Below are positions 42,148 to 52,647 of a DNA stretch of 64,000 nt, piece after piece (positions within the stretch are counted from its first letter, which is position 1; each line of letters begins with the position of its first letter). The position numbers and the translations under genes were made by a program. Under the pieces are notes generated by a model. It did no database searches. It had not been told where the DNA came from and saw only the letters and a list, made by a program, of their open reading frames with translations. Source of the DNA: Nitrospirota bacterium (GTDB lineage Bacteria > Nitrospirota > UBA9217); NCBI GenBank assembly GCA_963845065.1, contig CAWJQQ010000006.1:256001-320000 (forward strand). Direction: 5' to 3'.

Positions 42148-43029
42148 ATGACAACAATATCTGCAAGTGCAGTAAAGGACTTGAGAGAAAAAACCGGCGT
42201 CGGTATGATGGAAGCAAAAAAAGCCCTGGAAGAGGCCGGTGGCGATTTTGAAAAGGCCGTCGACATCCTTAGAAAAAAGGGGCTATCCGCTGCAGCAAAG
42301 AAGGCCGCGCGAGTTGCATCCGAGGGAATGATCGCCTCCTTTCTAGACAGCGGCGGCAAGGTCGGCGTCCTAATTGAAGTAAACAGCGAGACTGATTTCG
42401 TGGCAAAAAACGCGGATTTTCAAAGCTTCTCGAAAGGGCTTGCCGAACTCATCGCATCCAAGAAAGTGGCCGACATTGCGGCACTTTCAATTCTCACGCT
42501 ACAGGGAGAGAGCGTCGAAGCCAAGCGCAACGCGCTCGTACAAAAAATAGGCGAAAACATCGCAATCCGCCGATTCGTGCGTTACGAGACTTTAGGCCGA
42601 ATTGCAATCTACCTTCATGGCAACCGTATCGGTGTTATGGTTGATTACTTCGGTGACGAACAACTCGGAAAAGACCTTGCAATGCACATCGCTGCGGCCA
42701 GTCCGCAATTCCTTAACCGTGAAACAGTTCCCGCTGATTCTCTACAGCGTGAACGCGAAGTATATGAGGCGCAGGCCAAGGAATCTGGTAAGCCGGCGGC
42801 AGTTATTAGCAAGATTGTGGATGGAAAGCTCGAAAAATTTTACACGGACACCTGCCTTATGGACCAGATCTACATCAAGGACCCTGACGGCAAACTCAAG
42901 ATCAAGGATCTGTTGAAGAAGGCTGGCACGAACGTATCTGTCAGCCGTTTTGTTCGGTATCAGCTCGGTGAAGGAATCGAAAAGAAAAAAGAAAACTTTG
43001 CCGAGGAAGTTGCAGCTCAACTAAAATAA
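42148..43029 (+). CDS. tsf: Elongation factor Ts
   Basis: VKDLREKTG.GMM, EVNSETDFVAKN. Confidence 0.97.
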   Translation: MTTISASAVKDLREKTGVGMMEAKKALEEAGGDFEKAVDILRKKGLSAAAKKAARVASEGMIASFLDSGGKVGVLIEVNSETDFVAKNADFQSFSKGLAELIASKKVADIAALSILTLQGESVEAKRNALVQKIGENIAIRRFVRYETLGRIAIYLHGNRIGVMVDYFGDEQLGKDLAMHIAAASPQFLNRETVPADSLQREREVYEAQAKESGKPAAVISKIVDGKLEKFYTDTCLMDQIYIKDPDGKLKIKDLLKKAGTNVSVSRFVRYQLGEGIEKKKENFAEEVAAQLK

Positions 43030-43061
43030 AATAGGTTATAATCACGTATCCAATCAAATTG

Positions 43062-43130
43062 TACCGCGAAGACGCGGAGGACTACAAAAATGTTTCAGAT
43101 TTTCTTTGCATTCTACGCGTCTTAGCGGTA
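43062..43130. repeat. REP-like imperfect palindrome
   Basis: taccgcgaagacgcggag...ctacgcgtcttagcggta. Confidence 0.7.
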
Positions 43131-43180
43131 AACTCTCTTTCAATCGTTCCACAAATTAATAATACTAGAACAGGACCATC

Positions 43181-43909
43181 ATGACACCGCCGCGGTATAA
43201 ACGCATACTGCTCAAACTCTCGGGAGAGGCCCTCATGGGCGAACAAGGGTACGGCATTGATCACTCGGTGCTGGATGCGATCACATCCGAAGTCAAAGAA
43301 ATCTACGACCTTGGCGTCGAGGTCGCCGTGGTAATCGGAGGTGGCAACATTTTTCGGGGACTTTCTGGTGCAGCCAAAGGCATGGAGCGCGCTAGCGCTG
43401 ATTACATGGGCATGCTGGCAACGGTACTGAATGCGCTGGCACTCCAGAACATTCTCGAGAACAAAGGCGTGACCACCCGCGTCCAGTCAGCTATCGAGAT
43501 GCGCGAACTCGCCGAAACTTATATCCGAAGGCGCGCAGTCCGTCACTTAGAAAAGCGGCGTATTGTCATTTTCGCAGCCGGTACTGGCAACCCTTACTTC
43601 ACCACTGATACGGCGGCCGCGCTCCGCGCCATGGAAATCGGCGCGGAGGTCATCATGAAAGCCACAAAAGTTGACGGCGTTTACAATGCGGACCCCATGA
43701 AAGACAAGACCGCAATCAAGTTCGACAAACTGACGTATATTGATGTGCTCCAGAAGGATTTGCGAGTTATGGATGCAACCGCCATCTCCCTGTGCATGGA
43801 CAATAATCTTCCAATCATCGTTTTCAATCTAAACGTTTCTGGCAACATTAAAAGGATCATCCTGGGAGAAACAGTTGGGACTCTTGTAACCGGGAGGAAC
43901 AATGTTTAG
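43181..43909 (+). CDS. pyrH: Uridylate kinase
   Basis: [25 protein letters not shown]. Confidence 0.97.
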   Translation: MTPPRYKRILLKLSGEALMGEQGYGIDHSVLDAITSEVKEIYDLGVEVAVVIGGGNIFRGLSGAAKGMERASADYMGMLATVLNALALQNILENKGVTTRVQSAIEMRELAETYIRRRAVRHLEKRRIVIFAAGTGNPYFTTDTAAALRAMEIGAEVIMKATKVDGVYNADPMKDKTAIKFDKLTYIDVLQKDLRVMDATAISLCMDNNLPIIVFNLNVSGNIKRIILGETVGTLVTGRNNV

Positions 43910-44465
43910 CGAGCAGAAAAAAAAAGCAGAAGAAAAGATGAACAAAGCTCTTGAGGTACTAAGAAAGGAGTTCGCCTCACTCCGCACCGGCAGGGCATCA
44001 CTTGGCATGCTTGACGGCATCATTGTGGACTACTATGGGACTCCGACGCCGCTCAACCAAGTTGCCAACATGGCGGTACCTGATCCCCGTCAGATAACAA
44101 TTCAGCCATGGGAAGCCAAGTTGCTAGGGGAAATAGAGAAAGCCATTCTCAAGTCGGATCTTGGCTTGACACCTTCTAATGACGGGAAGGTCATTCGGCT
44201 TACAATCCCCCAACTGACCGAGGAGCGCAGGCAGCAGATTGTCAAGCATGCGAAGAAGCTTGCTGAAGACACACGGATTGCCGTCCGAAATATCCGCAGG
44301 GATGTAAACGACGAAATCAAGAAAAAGAGTAAAGATAAAGAAACACATATTTCAGAGGACGAAACCAAGAAGTTGCAGGACGATATTCAAAAAACAACAG
44401 ACACCTACGTAAAAAAGATCGATGAGTTCCTTGCTCACAAGGAAAAAGAAATCATGACCGTGTAA
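43902..44465 (+). CDS. frr: Ribosome recycling factor
   Basis: [21 protein letters not shown]. Confidence 0.97.
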   Translation: MFSEQKKKAEEKMNKALEVLRKEFASLRTGRASLGMLDGIIVDYYGTPTPLNQVANMAVPDPRQITIQPWEAKLLGEIEKAILKSDLGLTPSNDGKVIRLTIPQLTEERRQQIVKHAKKLAEDTRIAVRNIRRDVNDEIKKKSKDKETHISEDETKKLQDDIQKTTDTYVKKIDEFLAHKEKEIMTV

Positions 44466-44617
44466 GAAAGAATTATTATTGCTTTCTGCTCTAGAGGCCT
44501 CAACATTTTTTGAGACGAAAACTGTCTCAAGTCACTCGATAATCATTTGTTGTCTTAGTATTTACAAAGCACAATCTATTTATAAGTAAATTTTATGTAA
44601 TTATACCCGATTTTTTC

Positions 44618-44646
44618 TTGACAAAAAACGAAAGTTCCTGTAGATT
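44618..44646 (+). promoter_or_regulatory. sigma70 promoter of atpB-atpE
   Basis: TTGACA-17 nt-TAGATT. Confidence 0.7.
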
Positions 44647-44681
44647 TTTCGTATCTTTAATCAACTGCTAGGAGCGTGTGT

Positions 44682-45362
44682 ATGAAAGAGGGCCCGTTAC
44701 TTTTGCCTCAAATTCATGGTTTTCCCGATCATGTAACGTATACCTGGCTTGCGATGGCCATTCTCATCGGTCTTTCACTCGCAGCACGCTTCTCGCTAAA
44801 AAAGACCGCGCCGACGGGCTTGCAGAACTTTCTAGAGACCATTGTCAGCGCTCTTGAGGACTTCGTTGTTGACATCATGGGCCCTGAAGGGATGCATTAC
44901 CTCCCGCTCATCAGTTCATTGTTTCTTTTCATTCTCGTCTGCAACCTTCAAGGCCTTGTCCCCGGGCTTGATTCACCTACTGCAAACCTCAACACAACTC
45001 TCGCGCTTGCGCTCGTCGCTTTCACGATGACCCATTACATCGGTTTGAAGAGGCATGGCATAGGATACGTCAAACACTTCTTGGGCCCCATGTGGGTGCT
45101 TGCACCACTTATGTTTCCCATCGAGGTCATCAGCCATCTTGCACGCGTTATTTCACTTTCTTTTCGTTTGTTCGGGAACATGATCGCAAAACACAAACTG
45201 CTTCTCGTCCTCGCACTTCTGGCTCCCTACATCGCTCCCGTTCCCATCCTGGGCCTCGGCCTGCTCGTTTCCTTCGTCCAAGCGGGTGTGTTTACGCTTT
45301 TAACAATGCTTTATCTTTCCGGCTCCATTGAGGCGGCGCATATCGGTGGAGAGCATCACTAA
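44682..45362 (+). CDS. atpB: F0F1 ATP synthase subunit a
   Basis: PTGLQN, SPTANLN, SLSFRLFGN, QAGVFTLL..Y. Confidence 0.94.
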   Translation: MKEGPLLLPQIHGFPDHVTYTWLAMAILIGLSLAARFSLKKTAPTGLQNFLETIVSALEDFVVDIMGPEGMHYLPLISSLFLFILVCNLQGLVPGLDSPTANLNTTLALALVAFTMTHYIGLKRHGIGYVKHFLGPMWVLAPLMFPIEVISHLARVISLSFRLFGNMIAKHKLLLVLALLAPYIAPVPILGLGLLVSFVQAGVFTLLTMLYLSGSIEAAHIGGEHH

Positions 45363-45482
45363 TAATTATTAATTAACCCTGGGTGACGGTAACTCCTTCC
45401 GACTGGATGGAGTCCCTGGGAGGTAACGTCCCGGCACGATTCCGGACCGCAAATCAGACTTCAAAAGAAAGGAGGACGAAAC

Positions 45483-45827
45483 TTGAAAAAATCTTTTGCT
45501 ATCATGCTTCTCGTTATCGGCCTGATGCTGATAACATCCGTTGCTTTTGCCGCTGAGGCGACAGCTGCTCCTGATGCAACTAAGTTGTCATTCTACGGCA
45601 CTGTAGCCGCAGCTTCTGCAATCGGCATGGGCCTGGCTGCCTTGGGCACCGGAATCGGCATGGGCCTGGGCATCGGCAGATCGACCGAAGGTATAGCCCG
45701 CAACCCCGAGGCATCGGGAAAGATCATGACTACCATGATCGTGGGTCTGGCCCTAATCGAGTCGCTGGCCATTTACACCCTGGTCGTTGTGCTAATCCTG
45801 CTATACGCAAAACCATTCGGCGTTTAA
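45483..45827 (+). CDS. atpE: F0F1 ATP synthase subunit c
   Basis: GIGMGLG glycine repeat, IARNPEA, IESLAIY; AAGGAGG RBS, TTG start. Confidence 0.95.
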   Translation: MKKSFAIMLLVIGLMLITSVAFAAEATAAPDATKLSFYGTVAAASAIGMGLAALGTGIGMGLGIGRSTEGIARNPEASGKIMTTMIVGLALIESLAIYTLVVVLILLYAKPFGV

Positions 45828-45853
45828 TCGTCCGAATGCCTGTCGTTAATTAG

Positions 45854-45891
45854 AAAAAATGAGACGGTTCAAAGAACCGTCTCATTTTTTT
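45854..45891 (+). terminator. Bidirectional intrinsic terminator after atpE
   Basis: aaaaaatgagacggttc-aaa-gaaccgtctcatttttt. Confidence 0.85.
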
Positions 45892-45988
45892 GGTTCTTAT
45901 GTGATGCGACTTTATCAATCGTAATATGCTATTCGTAGAAAATTTTCGTTGTATTACTTTCTGTATCTCTATCTCAACAGCTTCGGCC

Positions 45989-46145
45989 AATGAACTACAC
46001 ACGGGCTAAAGCCCGTGGTTTCCGGTCAAGCAAAGGCGATTCAGCCCGCTTCGCTCCAGGCAGCCGTCATCACTAGTTTTAATAAACTGGGGTTTTCTGG
46101 CAATGGTAATAAATATTATGCCTTTATTCCCCCCATTTCAGAATC
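45989..46145 (-). mobile_element. Non-autonomous IS200/IS605 end remnant
   Basis: tgaactacacacgggctaaagcccgtggtttcc has the same right-end architecture (hairpin plus TTCA) as the IS at 19078; no transposase. Confidence 0.6.
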
Positions 46146-46679
46146 GTCAATGAGTTTTATTTCAACACCGGCCTGCGCATTACCTAACACCCTTCCATTC
46201 CGGCAGATTTAGGCCTTCTCGCTCACTTCAGCCAATCCGCTCACAACCGTGTTCCTATATGCCGCGATAAACTCTTAGTTCTTCACATCCCCCGTCACTT
46301 TAGCGTTCCCAATATATCTTTCCTGCCTAAAATGCGGCGTGGCAAAGTTCATGCATTGTCGACGACAAAAGCGTCGTCGCATAGCTTACGGTAACCTCAA
46401 ATTTTTACAAAGTTGCCTACATACACTCTATCATTGGCGTGCGCATGCTCGGCGACTATCCACCTCAATTCGGAGGGTGGAATATTTCAGTCCATAGTTC
46501 TCCACAGCCTGTTACGCCATCGATAACTTTATTTCCCTACCTACCAATATAGTGAAAAATACTTGAAGGCGTAGTACCTTTGCGGCACTACCATATCTTA
46601 AATTTCCTTTAGATTAATCGCACAATTTGTTATAATAAGCGCTTAGTAAACACCCTCTTGACAAGGAGTACATGGGACA

Positions 46680-48089
46680 ATGAATAACGCGAGTAACGTA
46701 CGTGTTCGCTTTGCGCCAAGCCCCACAGGTGCACTGCATATTGGCGGCGTTCGGACTGCGCTCTTCAATTACCTTTTTGCACGTCATTATAACGGGAAGT
46801 TCATTTTAAGGATTGAAGACACAGACCAAACAAGATCCACGGATGAATCGATCAAGATCATCGTCAACGGCATGAAATGGCTTGGCCTCGACTGGGATGA
46901 AGGCCCATTCCGGCAGACAGACCGGATGGATATTTATCGTGCCCACATTGACAGGTTAATCAAGGAGGATAAGGCATACTTTTGTTACTGCACTCCTTTG
47001 GAGCTCGAAGCACGCAGAAAGGAAGCCCTGAATGCGGGCAGACCGCCCAAGTATGACCGGAAATGCCGCTCGCTCTCAGCGCCTGTACCAAACAGAACCC
47101 CGGCAGTACGTTTTCTCTCTATCAACGAAGGCCAAACTATAGTGCGGGACCTGATCCGTGGGGCAGTAATTTTTGAAAACCAGCAGCTCGACGACCTGAT
47201 CATTCAGCGTTCTGATGGGTTTCCAACGTACAATTTCGCTGTTGTAGTCGACGATGTTACAATGAAAATTTCTCATGTAGTCCGCGGCGATGATCATCTG
47301 AACAATACACCTCGTCAGATCCAACTCTATCAGGCGCTCGGGTACGATCCGCCGGAGTTTGCTCATCTGCCTATGATTCTCGGGGCGGACAAAACAAAGC
47401 TTTCAAAACGGCACGGAGCAACTGCCGTTACCGAATATGTAGAACTGGGTTATTTGCCCGAAGCGCTAGTGAACTATCTCGCGCGCCTCGGCTGGTCCCA
47501 TGGTGACCAGGAGATCTTCTCGCGCCAGGAACTCATCGAGAAATTCTCTCTTGACACCGTGGGCAAAGCACCGTCGGTCTTTAATCCCGAGAAACTTCTG
47601 TGGCTGAATCATCATTATATTCAGCAGGCGAACCACGGCAGGCTTGCAAATCTGGTCCTCGACCTGTTAAAGAAAGATGGCGTCGTAAAGACCGACCCTG
47701 ATATCGAGTGGTTCAAGAAACTCATAGCGATACTGACCGAGCGTAGCCACACCCTCGTTGAGATGAAGGCGGGTGCGCTTCCATTTATTGTCGACGAAAT
47801 CACGATAGACGAAAAGGCGAAAGCCAAGCAGTTGACGCCCGATGTTGCCCCACTCCTTAGGGAATTGGCAGGCAGGCTGAAGCTTATTGAGCCTTTTTCA
47901 CGTGAGGATATAGAAAAGGTCTTTACCTCCCTAGTCAACGAGAAAGGTATTAAACTTGGCAAACTCGCTCAACCGTTGCGTGTTGCGCTCACTGGCGGCA
48001 CTGTCAGTCCCGGTATTTTCGAAGTAATCGAAGTGATGGGAAAAGACAAAGTGATCAGACGGATTGACACTGCGGTGAAGCTCATTTAG
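46680..48089 (+). CDS. gltX: Glutamate--tRNA ligase
   Basis: RFAPSPTG.LHIGG (HIGH), KLSKR (KMSKS). Confidence 0.97.
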   Translation: MNNASNVRVRFAPSPTGALHIGGVRTALFNYLFARHYNGKFILRIEDTDQTRSTDESIKIIVNGMKWLGLDWDEGPFRQTDRMDIYRAHIDRLIKEDKAYFCYCTPLELEARRKEALNAGRPPKYDRKCRSLSAPVPNRTPAVRFLSINEGQTIVRDLIRGAVIFENQQLDDLIIQRSDGFPTYNFAVVVDDVTMKISHVVRGDDHLNNTPRQIQLYQALGYDPPEFAHLPMILGADKTKLSKRHGATAVTEYVELGYLPEALVNYLARLGWSHGDQEIFSRQELIEKFSLDTVGKAPSVFNPEKLLWLNHHYIQQANHGRLANLVLDLLKKDGVVKTDPDIEWFKKLIAILTERSHTLVEMKAGALPFIVDEITIDEKAKAKQLTPDVAPLLRELAGRLKLIEPFSREDIEKVFTSLVNEKGIKLGKLAQPLRVALTGGTVSPGIFEVIEVMGKDKVIRRIDTAVKLI

Positions 48090-48222
48090 CTATTATAGAT
48101 GCTTCATTTGCTGCTATTGTCTTTAATGCTTAATAATGCTAAACGAAATGCTACTTGAGATTTTGCTTTTCCTTTGTCCGCATCCATTATAAAGAGATAT
48201 CTATAAGAGGGGACCAATTCGA

Positions 48223-48634
48223 TTGGCCTTACTAAATGGAATGATTTTTTGCTGTTAATATATATAATGGAAATCGACAATCAACACAAGAAACTCATTC
48301 ATCTTTTATGCCAGCTGTATAGCGCCATGAAGGCTGAAAAAGATAAAGAGGCAGTAAGCACAGTATTAACCGATCTCGTTTGACTACACGGTCTATCATT
48401 TCGAGACAGAAGTGCTGCTGCTTCTTCAATTCGGATATTCGCAGTACCAAGCACACAAGTTCATTCACGATGATCTGGCCACGCGAACGATACAGCTTAA
48501 GGACCTGTTAGACCGCGGAAATAATCTGACCGCGATGGATGTTATTCTTTTTTCAGAGTAACTGGCTGAACGTGCATATTCTCGAGGTCGACAAAAAGTA
48601 CAGTACGTACCTCAGTAACAGAGGCATCAAGTAA
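48223..48634 (+). pseudogene. Frameshifted bacteriohemerythrin
   Basis: EIDNQHKKL.../DYTVYHFETE...GY.QY.AHK..H.../WLNVHILEVDKKY in different frames. Confidence 0.85.
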
Positions 48635-48715
48635 GTACTGAACTCATCATCTGATGATGGCGATCAAAAGCTTGTACTAACGCTATCGCCCATAACTCCA
48701 TTTACCGGTAAATGT

Positions 48716-49222
48716 TTGAACTCATTCAATAGACAACGCTGCATTGAAACAAAATTTCTCCTTACAGGAGCCGTTCAGAGGTACCATTGCGAACTGCTTT
48801 ATCTCGAAAACGACTTCGGGATTTTGCGATATGTCATCGACAAGGAATATAATATATGCAGCATGCGATTAATGCCCGGCGACGTCACTACTGCTCTATA
48901 CTGGACTGACAGGCCGTACACACTATATATATGGCAGGTGAATGGTACCAAGGAAGCGGTATATTACTTTAATATCGCAGACAGCATTACCCTTTCCCCA
49001 GACGAATTTAGCTGGCGCGATCTCACTGTCGATATATTCATCGATACGGCGGGAGCGGTTCACGTCCTTGATGAGGACGAGCTCCCAGTTGATTTGCCTG
49101 CGGAACTGCAATGTTATATCTTGACTGCAAAGTCATACATATTAAACTTCTATGGGGATCTAATTATTGAAGCGAATGCTCTAGTGAAAAAATATGTAGC
49201 CGCAGCAATTAGTGAACTTTAA
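48716..49222 (+). CDS. DUF402-like protein
   Basis: YW.DRPY, YYFNIAD, WRDLTVDI, VLDEDEL. Confidence 0.72.
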   Translation: MNSFNRQRCIETKFLLTGAVQRYHCELLYLENDFGILRYVIDKEYNICSMRLMPGDVTTALYWTDRPYTLYIWQVNGTKEAVYYFNIADSITLSPDEFSWRDLTVDIFIDTAGAVHVLDEDELPVDLPAELQCYILTAKSYILNFYGDLIIEANALVKKYVAAAISEL

Positions 49223-49304
49223 GTTTTATTCTTACCAGGTTGTCTTAAAAGTGACAGAAGCCTTTCCCGTTGTCAATCCACTTTTTTTACGTTATACTTA
49301 CTTC

Positions 49305-49580
49305 GGGCGTGTCGATTTGTTTTTGAAATCATGCCGCTTCGTTGAACGAAGGACAATTGCACGCGAGATGTGTAACGCGGGCAGAGTCCTGGTAAATGGG
49401 CACGAGGTGAAACCCTCCAAAGAACTGAATCGGGGCGATCGTGTCGCTTTGCAATTTACCAGGAAGAGTATCGAATTCGATGTTCTTGCTCTTCCTGATC
49501 GGAAATCAGTGCAGAAGGCGAATGTACAAACCCTTTATTACATGATTTTCGGAAAAATGTGTAAGCGAGAAGATAGTGGA
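49305..49580 (+). pseudogene. S4-domain RNA-binding protein (YabO/RqcP/Hsp15-like), start codon absent
   Basis: (G)RVDLFLKSCRFVERRTIAREMCNAGRVLVNG..VKPSKEL..GD; GGG where Met is expected; frame runs on into pdxA. Confidence 0.7.
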
Positions 49581-50599
49581 TGGATAAAAAACCTCTCATT
49601 ATCATCACCATGGGTGATCCTGCAGGCATCGGTCCCGAGATCATCGCTAAAGTTATCGACAGCGGCGAGCTATTTTCTCACTGTCGACCCGTCGTCGTCG
49701 GTGACGCAGGTGTCATGAAAAGGCTGATCGAAGACATGCGGCTTTCCATTTCCGTACAGCCTCGCTCATTGCTCACAGAAATAGATCCTTCCCCTGGCAA
49801 ACTCGATGTCCTTGATTTGCAGAACGTCAATTTGGCTACGCATGCATGGGGAAGACCTGATGCCTCATCAGGCAAATCAGTCGTTGAATACGTCAAGCGC
49901 GCTGTTACACTCACGTTGAGTCGCCAGGCAGACGCAATCGTCACCGGACCGATTAGCAAGGAAATGATGAATGCAGCTGGACATCATTACGCAGGTCACA
50001 CAGAACTTCTCGCCGATTTGACGAATACTCGGGAATACGGAATGATGTTCGTCGGCGGCGGTCTTCGTGTGATCCTTGCGACAATCCATATGGCGCTCAA
50101 GGATGTGCCGCGCCATATTACGACTCCGGTTGTGCTTAAAACCTTACGGCTCGCTCACAAGGCCATGCAATCCTTCGGTTTCAACACGCCTCGTATTGGC
50201 GTTGCTGCACTCAATCCCCATGCTGGTGAAGGCAGGCTCTTCGGCTCTGAAGAGTGGGATGTGATCCTGCCTGCCGTGATTAAAGCACGTGATGAGGGAA
50301 TACACGCGAGCGATCCCCTGCCTGCAGACACCTTATTCTACAAGGCCAGAAATAATTATTATGACATTGTCGTTGCAATGTACCATGATCAAGGTCTTGC
50401 GCCACTAAAAATGCTCGCTTTCGGCAACGCTGTAAATGTGACTGTCGGTTTGCCAATCATCCGTACGTCAGTTGATCACGGCACCGCCTATGATATAGCG
50501 GGTAAGGGCTGCGCTGACCCATCTAGCCTGCTGGCAGCAGTCAAACTTGCCTCCGAAATGGCAATCCATCTACGCACCACATCCAAGGAGCGCACTTGA
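49580..50599 (+). CDS. pdxA: 4-hydroxythreonine-4-phosphate dehydrogenase
   Basis: TMGDPAGIGPE, GHTE, LNPHAGE, MYHDQG, RTSVDHGTAYDIAG. Confidence 0.96.
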   Translation: MDKKPLIIITMGDPAGIGPEIIAKVIDSGELFSHCRPVVVGDAGVMKRLIEDMRLSISVQPRSLLTEIDPSPGKLDVLDLQNVNLATHAWGRPDASSGKSVVEYVKRAVTLTLSRQADAIVTGPISKEMMNAAGHHYAGHTELLADLTNTREYGMMFVGGGLRVILATIHMALKDVPRHITTPVVLKTLRLAHKAMQSFGFNTPRIGVAALNPHAGEGRLFGSEEWDVILPAVIKARDEGIHASDPLPADTLFYKARNNYYDIVVAMYHDQGLAPLKMLAFGNAVNVTVGLPIIRTSVDHGTAYDIAGKGCADPSSLLAAVKLASEMAIHLRTTSKERT

Positions 50600-51663
50600 C
50601 CAACCAGCAGCCCTACATGAGTCGCTCCACCTTTTTTGCTCTTGCCTTCTTCAGTGTCTTTCTTTTCCTCTTATATCAGATGCTGCGCTTACTAGCACCT
50701 TTCGGGTCGGCCCTACTTTTAGCGGTCATACTTGCAATTGCTCTGCACCCTATCCACAACCGGTTGGTAAAATGTTTAAAAGGTCGTAAAAAACTGTCTT
50801 CTTTTATCATGACTTTTTTTATCATTCTACTTGTCATCGGTCCGGCCATAACTTTGTTCGGACTTCTTACGACTCAGGCTATCGATGTCTACCAAGGAAT
50901 CATGGTCGGCATTCAGTCCAACAAATTTCCAGAAGCTTGGGCCCAGACGATCAACCGCTTCTCCAGCAGAATCGAGGAGTACTCCGTCCTGTTCAGGGTC
51001 GATATAAAGGGGTTTTTACTCCAAAGTCTGGGTACTGTCTCATCCAGCCTTGCAGCACAGTTCGGGACTCTGCTCAAGAATACCGTCATTTTAGCCATTG
51101 ATCTCATGGTCATGTTAATCGCTTTATTTTTCTTTTTCCTAAACGGAGAGAACTACTATCGCTTCTTCATTGATATGCTGCCATTTTCCTCCGAACATAA
51201 AAAAGCAGTGGCTGAAAAAGTGCACGATACATTCATCGCGGTCGTAAACGGTGTATTCCTCATTGCTCTCGTTCAAGGCGTTTTAACTGGCGTCGGTTTC
51301 GCCCTGTTTGGTCTTCCCGTTCCTGTCTTTTGGGGAAGCCTTGCAGCTATCTTCGCACTCTTCCCGATCGGAGGTGCGGCTCTCGTATGGGTTCCAGGAG
51401 TTATATTTTTATACATGAAAGGGTCCGTTATTCGGAGCATCCTTTTAGTTTTTTGGGGTCTAGTCTTTGTCACTTTGCCGGACAACTTTGCAAAACCCGT
51501 ACTAATCGGCCGAAAAGCAAAAATACCAACGTTCTTTTTGTTTATAAGTATCTTGGGTGGATTGAACGTATACGGCGTATTTGGAATATTATTGGGTCCA
51601 CTAGTCGTGACCATTCTCACAGCTTTTATCCAGATTTATCGCGAAGAATATGCAGACAATTAA
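50596..51663 (+). CDS. AI-2E (UPF0118) family transporter
   Basis: Multi-TM; P.GG..LVWVP, DNFAKP.LIG, GG...GILLGP. Confidence 0.9.
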   Translation: MTNQQPYMSRSTFFALAFFSVFLFLLYQMLRLLAPFGSALLLAVILAIALHPIHNRLVKCLKGRKKLSSFIMTFFIILLVIGPAITLFGLLTTQAIDVYQGIMVGIQSNKFPEAWAQTINRFSSRIEEYSVLFRVDIKGFLLQSLGTVSSSLAAQFGTLLKNTVILAIDLMVMLIALFFFFLNGENYYRFFIDMLPFSSEHKKAVAEKVHDTFIAVVNGVFLIALVQGVLTGVGFALFGLPVPVFWGSLAAIFALFPIGGAALVWVPGVIFLYMKGSVIRSILLVFWGLVFVTLPDNFAKPVLIGRKAKIPTFFLFISILGGLNVYGVFGILLGPLVVTILTAFIQIYREEYADN

Positions 51664-51857
51664 GAACGGCATAATGATTCGCTGCTTGAATAGCAGAATC
51701 TAGTAAACTCATTTCGCCCTTTATCACCTCTGGGGCATGAACCCCTCTGATAACCTAGGGCATGCGTGGCGCTCCCCTGTAAACCCAAGATTAGGTTCCC
51801 CGAAGCAAGTACTTGGTATAACTTTCGTGATAAATTATTTCAGAAGGAGAGAGATAC

Positions 51858-52541
51858 ATGGAAGATCTTTCTAAGTCGGATACATGGCGCGTATTCAGAA
51901 TCATGGCAGAACTTGTGGAAGGCTTTGAAGCAATGAACAACATTGGCCCTGCCGTGACCATCTTCGGAAGCGCTCGTTTGCAACCTGGTTCTCCCTATTA
52001 TAACAAGTGCCTGAAGGTCGCCGAAAATCTGGCAAAAGATGGCTTCGCCATAATTTCCGGTGGGGGCCCAGGCATCATGGAAGCCGCCAACAAAGGGGCA
52101 CAAAATGCCGATGGCACGTCGGTAGGCCTCAATATCGAGTTACCTACTGAGCAAACGCCAAACACGTATCTGGACGTGAAGGTTGAATTCCGTTACTTTT
52201 TCGTACGCAAGTTAATGTTTGTCAAGTATGCGGTCGCGTATGTTATCTTTCCTGGTGGTTTAGGCACCTTGGACGAGTTATTCGAGGCGCTCACGCTCAT
52301 CCAGACGAAGAAGATTAGGGGCTTTCCCATTGTTCTGGTGGGCAAAGATTACTGGAATGGGCTCATCAACTGGCTTAGGGATACAGTGCTCGAATCCGGC
52401 GCTGTCAGTCGTGAAGATATTGATCTCATGCATATTGTGGACGAACCGGAAGAGGTATGTGCAATTATCAACAAGCGTTACAAAGAACGCATCAGCGGCA
52501 CCCACATGGACAGGCGAGACAAAGCTCGAAAGGGTGTTTGA
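51858..52541 (+). CDS. LOG family (TIGR00730) Rossmann-fold protein
   Basis: VTIFGSAR, GGGPGIMEAAN, FFVRK, PGGLGTLDE. Confidence 0.92.
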   Translation: MEDLSKSDTWRVFRIMAELVEGFEAMNNIGPAVTIFGSARLQPGSPYYNKCLKVAENLAKDGFAIISGGGPGIMEAANKGAQNADGTSVGLNIELPTEQTPNTYLDVKVEFRYFFVRKLMFVKYAVAYVIFPGGLGTLDELFEALTLIQTKKIRGFPIVLVGKDYWNGLINWLRDTVLESGAVSREDIDLMHIVDEPEEVCAIINKRYKERISGTHMDRRDKARKGV

Positions 52542-52647
52542 TTAATCCCGCTTCGCGTTCATCTTGTTAGTTTTTGATCGCGGCCTCAGCCGCTGCATAG
52601 CACGAATTCTCCGTAACCAACATTCAATGTTATCACTATTAATCATT

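Noticed and set aside
46146..46510. Possible minus-strand gene remnant (MNFATPHFRQERYIGNAKVTG...)
   Set aside because: Interrupted by stops, and I cannot assign a family.
51664..51857. GC-rich intergenic stretch as a riboswitch or ncRNA upstream of the LOG gene
   Set aside because: No recognisable family motif or convincing long stem by eye; an Rfam scan would be needed.
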